Shown: positions 54,088 through 64,000 of the stretch, in pieces
Layout: each line of letters begins with the position of its first letter
How positions within the stretch are numbered: position 1 is the stretch's first letter
Assembly (NCBI RefSeq): GCF_006345805.1
Contig: NC_042998.1
Coordinates: 4,712,001-4,776,000, forward strand
Source: Octopus sinensis
Taxonomy: Eukaryota
DNA length: 64,000 bases
Direction: 5' to 3'
The notes under the pieces: model-generated
Seen by the model: only the letters and a program-made list of their open reading frames with translations
Told to the model about the DNA's origin: nothing
The model's database searches: none
Translations under genes and position numbers: made by a program

Positions 54088-55616
54088 TTGCTTAGACATT
54101 TGTGTATATGTAAACAGGCATATTTCTATGCATGCACAGATATATATATATATATATGTTAATAATAGACGCGTAGCATAATGATAACAACAAGAACAAT
54201 GACAGTAGTAATGCAGGTAGATGTACAGTAATAATGACAGCTGTAATAAAAGGTGTAGCATTGCCACAATAACATTTATCTTAACTGTGTTTACGTAGAC
54301 CAGCTCTCATACAAAATATTAGAGAAGCCAGGGATATACTTCAATCTAGAACTGTGATTATCATTCTTTACATTTCTTGTGACAGAATAAGGCAAAACAT
54401 GACGTTAGATGTATGTCCTATGTACCCACAAGTATATCTGAGTGTTGGGAACGTAGTTACAAAATACAGAGCACAGAACAATTTGTGTATGACGATATAT
54501 TTTGATTTAGACTCTAAATCTAAATTTTAGAGGATCAAATGTGGTTCATGCTAGTGGTATTCGAGTATTCCAGAAATGTCTTTACGAATATTTTTATAAC
54601 TGCAAAGATAAAAGACTTTCAGGTATTCTTACATTTCCATGCCCTTCAAAAAAGATTCAGCGATGTAGTTGGTATAACCACATACACACACATATACATG
54701 TAGATGCAAAAAGAGTAACGATACTCAGAGTTGTTTGTAATTCTTCCGTTCATTGCTCAGAATTTTACGAACTCGTAAATTACCTCAGCGATATTTCAGA
54801 ATTTTATCGTAGAGGCAGAAACATCGGCAATTCAGTTTAACATTATTCGGATCAGTTCTTTTTGGAAGCATGTCACGTAATGAAAGTAGTGCCTGGTATT
54901 CGATTACTGGATGTAAACACAACTCCAACGAAATTCATATTCAGGGATATATGAGGTTAGTTTGTTTTACGAGGCATGATTTTACAACGCTTAGGGAGAG
55001 AATGCGCCAATGTCTAGAAAATTTGCAAGTGAAAAAAATTCCATTTGTGATAATATTTCAATAAAATCCTATGGACATCCAATCAATAATTATGAAAAAT
55101 TAATTACAAACCATACCGAAGTCATAAGAAAATCATATTTAGCTGCTTGATATCTAAAATATTTTGTGAATTAAGCAGAATAGGTATTTTATGAAAAGAG
55201 GTTATGAGTGGCCCAATCACCTCTCATGCCAAATAAAGGCATACCAAATAGAGGCATCAGTTACTGACTAGGCAAAGGAATGGAAGACTAAATACTAGTA
55301 AAGAAGTTTAGAAAATACAACGTGGAACGGCTAGAACTAACAACGATGTAAATATGTATAAAATCAAAGCCAAAAAGTACGAACAAAATATTCAAAAAAG
55401 TAGTAAATAACAAACGATTACCGTAGACATGATTATAATTAACCAACATCGGAACACTGCTAGAAACGCCAGCCGTACACGAATGGTATACATCGCAAAG
55501 TCAGGAAGTAGTGAAAAAATGACATTTTTCATTAGGCTGTTTTAGTAAGATGAAAGGTAAGCCACAAGAAATGCTGACAGGAAATATAATGATTCGTCAG
55601 TGTAGAGCAAGTAGAT

Positions 55617-55700
<84 letters not shown>

Positions 55701-55729
55701 AATAATTATTATTACTATTATTATTATTA

Positions 55730-55765
<36 letters not shown>

Positions 55766-55939
55766 ATTTTTTTCTTCTTTCAAATTTGCTTCCATTTCTT
55801 GCCGAGTGTCTTCCCGACTCCTAGGGCAAAGAAACTCATAGTATACATTGGTAGGCCATTAAACCAAACTCAGTAGTTCGTTCATTTTTTTTTTTTTTTT
55901 TTTTAAAGTTAAATTAAAATACATGAGCAGCAACAGTTC

Positions 55940-58900
55940 TCACATCGACAATGCTCTTCTCAATACGTGTGATGTACCAGTTAAGACAATCTTTTGCACT
56001 TCTTGCAGGGATGGTAAGCCAGGGATCATTCTCATATAATTTTCGGTTCCCTTCTTGATCATTCCTAGTGCTCCTACGATCACTGGTATTGTAACCGCCT
56101 TGAGATGCCACATTTTCTCAATTTCAATGAGTAGGTCTTTATATTTTCTGAGCTTGTCAAACTCTTTCGCTGAGATATTATGATCACAGGGGATGCTCAT
56201 GTCGATCAATAAGCAAACTTTATTGTTTTGGTCTTTCACAACAATATCTGGTTTATTGGCCTTGATGGTTCGGTCTGTATGTACTGGAAAGTCCCACAGA
56301 ATGGTTACATTTTCTCCTTCAGTTACAGCCTCAGGGTGGTGATTATACCACTTGTCGGCAGTTTTGATATTGTAATGCCGACTTATTAGCCTGTGGAGAT
56401 ATTGGCCAACTCTGTCATGTCTTAATTTATACTCCACTGGTGCTAAGACTTTACATCCAGAGATTAGGTGGTCCACTGTTTCAATCATGTCGTTGCAGAA
56501 TCGGCATTTTTGGTCTGCTCCATTTTTCATCACATTGCCCTGGTAGTTCCGGGTTAATAGGCTTTGATCTTGAGCAGCCAGGATGAAACCTTCGCTCTCT
56601 GCTTTTAGCCCTGAGCTCCGTAGCCACTGATGGGTTTGCTTCTGGTCAACATCAGCTTGTTTGCTGCGGGTCACATATTTGCCGTGCAGAGGTTTCTCCT
56701 CCCACCTATCAGCCAATTGCTCGTGCGCTTTTTTCATTGCCATTATTTTCACCTTCTTTGCAACAATAGTTGCCGTACTTCCCTCGGGTTGTTCAGTTTG
56801 GGTATCCTGCACGAGATCAATAGCAAATTTTTTGCTTTCCTTTATGATAGAATGAAGCTTCTTTCGTCTCTCGTGATTTTCCACGAGCTTTAGCATCCAG
56901 TCATTCGATATTTCGAGATATTTGGCCAGTCCAATTGTGGTTGTTTTGTAAGCTAGTTCAAATTGGATCAGGCCTCGACCTCCTTGGGCTCTGGGAAGGT
57001 AAAGGCGATCTACGTCTGCCTTTGGGTGGTGCATCCTATTACAACTCAGCAGCTTGCGTATTTTCCTATCTATATTCTTTACTTCACTCATATTCCAGTT
57101 CAACACATTGTAGCTATAAGTAACAACTGGAACTGCTAAGGAATTTATAGCTAACACCTTGTTACGTGCATTTAGTTCAGATTTCAGGACTGCACGAACT
57201 CTCCTATAACATTCCTTCCTGATTTTTTCTTTCATGCTTGCATGCTGAATACCAGAGCCTTCATTTATCCCTAAATATTTGTATGTTTGTTCTTGCTCAA
57301 GCTCTCTTATGACTGTGTCAACATCTAACACGACTGAATTTGTGGTCTTCACTTTCCCGTTCTGGAAAGTGGCCTTGGCACACTTCTCAAGTCCAAACTC
57401 CATCCTGATGTCATCGCTGAATGCTATCACGGTGCGCAATAGGCCTTCACGTTCATTATTGTCTTTACCATAAAGTTTTAAGTCATCCATATAAAATAGA
57501 TGGCTTATTTTTTTAATTGGCAATTTTATACCCATACCCTGTTCTGTTTAATTCACTTGTAAGGGGTATTAGGGCTATGCAGAATATTAAAGGTGAAAGT
57601 GAGTCACCTTGAAAAATTCCACAGTTGATGTTTATATTTTCTGAGGCAAGTACTCCATTAGAGTGGTATAATTGGAGATTCGTATTCCACAACGACATAT
57701 TGTGCTTCAGGAAGTTTGAAATTACAGGGGAAATTTTAAAGATGTCCAGCGATCTCAAGATCCATGGATGCGGTATACTGTCGAAGGCCTTTTTGTAGTC
57801 AATCCATGCGGTGCTGAGATTTCTCCGCTTGTTGTGACAGTTCTCAAGGATCATACGATTGATTAGCAGTTGATCTTTGCCTCCGTAAGAGACTCGGCGG
57901 CACCCTTCTTGTTCAATGGGGAAAATGTCGTTCTTCTCCATGAATGCATATGTTTTCTCCGCCAGGATAGATGTTAGGATTTTATACGTGGTGGATAGAC
58001 AGGTTATAGGCCGATAGTTTTTTGGAAGGTTGGTTTCGTTATTCTTTGGGAGTATGTAAGTAATGCCACTTGCTAACCATTCAGGTGTTTTCTTTGGGTC
58101 TCTCATAATTCCATTGAGCAGCTGAACTAGCTTACCGTGTGCGCATGGGAGCGATGCGAGCCAGCAATTCGGCACCCTATCTTTACCGGGGGATTTCCAA
58201 TTATGGGCCTTCGTGAGTGCCTTTCTTAGGTCTGCTATTGTGATGTCTTCCCATGCTTGTTGTTGTAAATTTTGGTAGGATCCTTCAGTTAGTATAATCC
58301 AGTCTGCATTTTCCAAAAGTTTTCCAAAAGTTTTGAACTTCTTCCATGGGAGGGGAGTCTTTAACAGTTACTTTCTCCTTCCCTATTTCTCTGTAGAATT
58401 TTTTGGCATTGGATGTGAACAGCTTATTTTGCTTGTAAAACTTGTTTCTCTTCTCAAATATTCGTATTCTTTGGGCTTTTGCTTGGACTTTTTGTTTCAG
58501 CGTTTCTTTTATTGATATCAGTTCTTCTCTTGGTGAGGATCCAAATTTTCTCTCCATCTTTCTTCCTGTTCTGGATCTTACATCATTTCCACATATTAGT
58601 TCATTTAATATTGATATTTCCCCTCTCATAAATTCAATCTCTTTTTCAATTTTACTTCTCCAGGTTTGATTTCTTCCCAGGTTTTGTTTTCTTTGTTTTT
58701 TCGGGGGCATACAGCTGGTTTCAATTGCCCTAGCAGAAGCGTAAATAATTTCATTTAACTCAGTAAAATCAGGTTTTAATTCTCGTATTATTTCATTTGT
58801 TACATAGTTGCCAATTTGGATTTGTTTTTTATTTTGGTTTGTATCTGAGAGTTTATGAAGTGGTTCTCTATCATTCATACTTGTATGTCTTACAACTTCA

Positions 58901-59729
58901 AGCGTATTCAGGATTTTCTGCCTCATTTCTGCCATAGACTCTCTGTGTTCTTCAGCAAATGCGAGATCTTCAGTTACTGTTGTTTTTTCGTTTTCCTGGC
59001 TATCTTTAACAGGTACAACTTCAAGCGTATTCAGGATTTTCTGCCTCATTTCTGCCATAGACTCTCTGTGTTCTTCAGCAAATGCGAGATCTTCAGTTAC
59101 TGTTGTTTTTTCGTTTCCTGGCTATCTTTAACAGGTACAATAAAATTTCTTGTATCTTCAGGCCTTTGCGTACTTTGGTCAGATGGCAGTCTTTCAATTA
59201 AGCCTCGTGTTGAGCTATACTGTTCATCTGATTCTTCATTTCCTTTGTGTCTTATATTTATGTCATTTTCCGTTGCGTGCTTGATCGCGCTTATTTCACT
59301 GTCTGTGAGTCTGTTATTTCTAAGGATATCCCTCCTCACATTTGCTAATTTGTTCTCGTCCAAATAGGGCCTACTGTCTTGATTCCGTGTTCTCCATATA
59401 CTGTAAGAGTTTGCGGTGTGTCTCTCTTGAGATGGCCTACCTAATGCATAGTAATAAGCGTATATTACTTCTTTATACTCTTCTCGGGTCCATTTGTTCC
59501 GCTTACATTTTTCTTTCTGTGGTGGTTGTGGTGGTGAACTTGGAGGGCTCGAGTTGGGGGATTTCCCGTTCAAGTGACCATCCATGTCCGTATTCGGAGA
59601 AGAGTTTGTGCCAGTTGATGACTTTTCGATCCCAGGCTGGCTCTTCCCTGGGGGACGCGCTTCCAGATTAACCATAGGACATGCGATTTGGTATACTGAT
59701 TTAGTTTTCCTTTTAGTTTCCAAAAACAT
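55940..59729 (-). pseudogene. RT/restriction-like-endonuclease ORF broken by three frameshifts
   Basis: NYRPITCL, WIDYKKAFDSIPH, GIFQGDSLSPLIF, HLFYMDDLKLY, CRFC...ETVDHLISGC zinc knuckle, RHD, KPDIVV...IDMSIP across ORFs 59097-59729, 58285-59058, 57513-58316 and 55940-57535. Confidence 0.93.
58891..59140. repeat. 123-bp tandem duplication inside the retrotransposon ORF
   Basis: Units start at TACAA 58891 and 59014; the second unit is 1 bp shorter in a T run. Confidence 0.92.
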
Positions 59730-60421
59730 TTTGGTGCTACGATAATGTTATCATTTTTTAGCTTTGATTGGCTCGTGGGGAGACGGCCATCATTGCCGTT
59801 ACAATTATAATCGTACCATTATAGCAGCCGTAGTCGGCTTATTATTGTTATTATCATCACCATTACCATCATCATTATCACCACCATCACCATCATCACC
59901 ATCATCATCACCATCACCATCACCATCACCACCATTATCATCAATGATATTGTTTTATGTGTAGTCACAGCAGTATCTTATTATTGTTATTTTTGTTTTT
60001 TTATCATTATCACCATCACAGTAGTGTCTATCTGTCTCGGTGGCTGGCTTGGTTGTTGGCTCGCTGACTGTCTTCAACACCAGAGTTCTTGCCTGTCAAA
60101 TAATACTTTCTTTGTGTTGGTTGAACTCTTTGAGTGTGTGTGTGTGTAGATAGATAGATAGATTATCAGCACTATTACTATCATTATTATCATCATCACC
60201 ATCACCATCAGTGATATTTTTTTTTTTTTTTTTAGGTGGGGACCTATCGGTCAAAGAAAAAAAAAGTTCAGATGTTTACTACTATTAGGCTTAAGAAAAA
60301 TTAAGGAAGGGCTGTTCTGTATTGTTTGTGAACAGAGAATCTTAGCATCATCATTTTATTATTATTATTATTATCATTATTATTGCTTAAGCTACAAATC
60401 ATCATACAAATGTCGCCAAAA

Positions 60422-60461
60422 ACTGCTACCCAGAGTTTCACGCTCCAGTTCGTTGGACAGT
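60422..60461 (-). ncRNA. Degenerate minimal hammerhead-like motif
   Basis: ACTGT-CCAACGA-AC tggagc GT-GAAA-CTCTGGG-TA-GCAGT; stems are present but core U4 and G5 are altered. Confidence 0.4.
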
Positions 60462-60478
60462 ATAGATATGTAAGCGTG

Positions 60479-60538
<60 letters not shown>

Positions 60539-61703
60539 TATATATATATAAAAGGGGTTTGTATGATTGTGTATAGAGGGATATATATTATTCAAAGAAA
60601 TTCCAACTCTTTCTGTTTTTATGTTTTATTTATATTCTTTATAATATTAATGTAGAATATAGAATATATAGTATGAAACGAATATATAGTATAATGAAAT
60701 GAAGTATTGATTGTCTTATTGAATAGATGAAATATTGAGAGAGAGAGAGAAAGAGAGAGGTGATAAAGACAGAGAGATACACACACAGAGAAAGAGAGAA
60801 ATAATAACCTTTCATCTTTCCGCCCCAAAACCTGTGGCCACAAACACACTAGAGATAAAGAATCCAAATCCAGCAAGCTTCTTCCACTATCAACAGATCA
60901 ATATGAAGAAAGTGAAAGACGTTCAACAGCTAAATATTACTAATTACTACAAAATAAAATACAAGTTTTAAATTATACACTCGAAATTATACACAAATTT
61001 GTATATCATTAAATATAATATGTGGTAACAACAAAAAGGTTTAATTAATATCATCATTTGATTAAATGATTTTTTTTAACATGTACCATGAATTATGGAC
61101 TTTTTATCGGATAAATAAACTACAATTGTTTATATTATTGTCGTATCAAGTAAATTAACCGCAAAATAAATTATACTGTGTTTTATCACAGATGCACTTA
61201 ATGTAAATAGCCTGGAAACAAATTGGGAATTTAAGCGGTTGACCTTATAAACTTTAGTTAAAACGCTACTATTATTATACAACACTTTAAGGTCTCCATC
61301 ATTTCTGTTTGCTGACACATCACTTAGATATATTCTTCTGAGTGAGAGCGTAAAATCTGCCAGTGCAACGTTTTCAGAAAATCTAACTCAAAAGAACCTA
61401 AGTACAGTTCAGTTAATAGTAGGCTACATTTTATATAAATATGTATAAAACCACACATACACACATACACACATACGCACACACATACACGAACACACAT
61501 ACTTTCCCACACGCACACTCACAACACACACAGACACACACATACACACACAAGCAAATATATATATATAACCAAATAATATTTTGAAGACTTTCAAAGC
61601 GTACGTTTCAGATCATTACTTATTACGTAATAGGAAATATATCCCTTACGCAAGACTTGCCTCAGTTAATACGTTTCAAAATATAAACCAACTGATGGAG
61701 TTT

Positions 61704-61740
<37 letters not shown>

Positions 61741-61779
61741 ATATGTATACGTGTATATATATATATATATATATATATG

Positions 61780-62113
61780 GAAAAAAGTCAAGATAGAGAA
61801 TGCCAAAATAATTTTACAAAAAACATTCCAGTATCAGTTTCAGTCATTGAGACTTTTTCAACTCTAAGTATGGAAAACAATTACATTTTGGAAAAGTTAA
61901 AAGAAAAGTTTTTTAAAAGAATATTTTCATACAAGGAAAGTACCACTTGTATTTGAATGGTATGTAAATATTCTTTTAAAAAACTTTTCTTTTAACTTTT
62001 CCAAAATTTAATTGTTTTCCATACTTAGAGTTGAAAAAGTCTCAATGACTGAAGCCGGCACTGAAATGTTTCTTTTATAATATTATTTTGGCATTTTCTA
62101 CATTGACTTTTTC
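61780..62113. mobile_element. Fold-back PLE-type cassette with decayed U3:A8 hammerheads in both arms
   Basis: About 147-bp imperfect inverted repeat 61780-61926/61966-62113; TTGAAAA-AGTC tcaat GACT-GAA(A/G) at 61829-61864 (-) and 62028-62063 (+). Confidence 0.75.
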
Positions 62114-62195
62114 AAAATATATCAATTCGTCTATTCCTTTTCAATCTTCTACACACACACACACACAACACACACACACACACACACACACTCTC

Positions 62196-62242
<47 letters not shown>

Positions 62243-62295
62243 GAAAAAACAAGTCAAAAATAGAAAATGCTAAAATAATTTTATAGTGAACATTT

Positions 62296-62333
62296 CAGTA
62301 CCGGTTTCGGTCATTTTGAGACCTTTTCAACTG
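62296..62333 (-). ncRNA. Minimal type I hammerhead with U3:A8 core
   Basis: CAG-TTGAAAA-GGTC tcaaaat GACC-GAAA-CCGG-TA-CTG within a third family copy (about 62243-62395) abutting (TA)n. Confidence 0.7.
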
Positions 62334-62505
62334 TAACGATTAAATAATTAAATTTAGAAAAATTAGAAGAAAAGTTTTTTTAAAAGAATATTTCTATAGT
62401 AGTGTTCAGATTTAAGTGGCATTCTGCCTTTCTCTGACTCCCTTGTTTGCACTTGTGTGTTCGAGGTAGTTGTGAGTTCTTGGTAGGGTAGTAGAGGGAA
62501 GGCTT

Positions 62506-62547
<42 letters not shown>

Positions 62548-64000
62548 GCGGAGCGCTACAACATACAGTAAGCCTAAAAGGAGATTAGATTTGTACTCCG
62601 AATTATTAAACTCTCTCCTGAAAAGGTTTCGAGTCTTCTGAAATTCATTTTGTAAATACTAGTGAGAATGACTATAGAAATATGTACAACGTGTCATTAT
62701 TACTATTATACACTAAAAATTAAGATTTCGATGTCTAGTATTTTTCTGTGTCTAAATCTCAAAATTGTTTTCTTTGGCGGTAAATTCTCAAGCAGCTAAA
62801 AATGAAGTGGTCGTGTTTTTAACAATAGAAAGAGTTGGAATAACCGAGTGAATGACTCCTAGAGACTGTGTACGTATTAACTGAGAACTAGTGTAGGAAG
62901 AATTATAGCTTAATAAATTGAAAACGTTAATGTACTATCGGAATCCATTCGAATGTTCGACGTTGGGGGTAAAATGTAAGAAAAGTGTTGCGATTTCTAA
63001 ATTTTACTAGAGATATGTAGGATATAAATATTGCATCATTTTCTTCTGCTATCACGTACTTGTGCGGATGTTTCTGCATACATTATGTGTATGTCAATTT
63101 TACTTGCTTAGCAGGGTTGCTATTAACTTAATTATTACTACTGTTTTTAAGGACGATATTAATGTATGCGTCCACATTTATCAGTATCACATACTTAGGA
63201 TTCAGTAACTGGGATATAACATAAAGCAAGTCCTAGTTATAACTAGAATTCATGTCCTTTACTCTTTTTATGTTTGATTTGAAATCAAGCTGATATTAAA
63301 TATTCTACTTTTCTGTAAAATGCCGTATGATTTGGTAGATTTATTCTTTTATGTCCCTAGGCATTACAAAATCATGCTTCATAAAACAAACTAACCTCAT
63401 ATATTCCTGTGATTTATTTCTAAGTTATCAAGTTAAAATTTTTAGTATTATGTCTTTAAAATACGAATCAAAGTTGAAATTATAGCACTTTCCACCTTAA
63501 CTGATAAATTACATACTTTTTGATTTGTGCTAAGTGTCTTTACAAAACCAAATTCTCTATCGTTTACTGATGCCTAAATTCCTAACTCACATATATTCAT
63601 TGGGGATGTGAATGTTTATAGCATTGCATGAGTTTCATGCAGTATAGAACAGGGAACCCACTATTGGATATTGATGACTACGACATATGCGTTTTATTTG
63701 ATCACTATTACATACATTTTATTGAAATAAAAATATCTCATTCGACTCAAACAACACACAGAAGGTTTGTCTTGGACCTGAATTACTCAATCGACCCATG
63801 TTATTTTCCTTCATATGTTTATTGTCTACTGCTCGTATTTATAAAATCCACTTACGAGAACCTTTGAACACCCTGGAAGACTTATAAGTATCTTTATTAA
63901 TTTAGTTCAGATATTTCCTTGTCTATCTTTACTTTTACCTTCATCGAGTCAACAGAAACAAAATTAAATTCAAATTGCATTCGCTTTCAATTACAATTTC

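Larger units (their letters stand above)
55764..59810 (-). mobile_element. Near full-length R4/Dong-clade non-LTR retrotransposon
   Basis: Single long RT plus RLE reading frame; short 3' UTR joined to (TAA)n on the minus strand; 5' boundary uncertain and may reach about 60350. Confidence 0.92.

Noticed and set aside
59740-59820. Possible HDV-like ribozyme at the 5' end of the R4/Dong-like element
   Set aside because: Only a small GGCCGT/ACGAGCC hairpin; I could not build the nested double pseudoknot.

Overview
AT-rich, microsatellite-dense animal genomic DNA with no host exon I can support. The repeat complement looks cephalopod (Octopus-like; inference). Most ORF-track entries are translations of (TA)n/(CA)n/(TAA)n repeats. 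The window holds three tRNA-derived SINE families, a near full-length R4/Dong-type RLE non-LTR retrotransposon plus three decayed relatives in (TAA)n, a TTAA-flanked piggyBac, mariner/Tc1 remnants, a LINE 3' end and Penelope-like (PLE) GIY-YIG fragments. The main unexplained signal is about 16 type I hammerhead-ribozyme motifs (about 10 well formed) from roughly 10 sequence families, found by eye. Most sit in short non-coding cassettes abutting (TA)n, often as fold-back or tandem structures typical of PLE pseudo-LTRs and retrozymes. Two unrelated families carry a compensatory U3:A8 core (UUGAAAA). All folds are hand-derived and untested.
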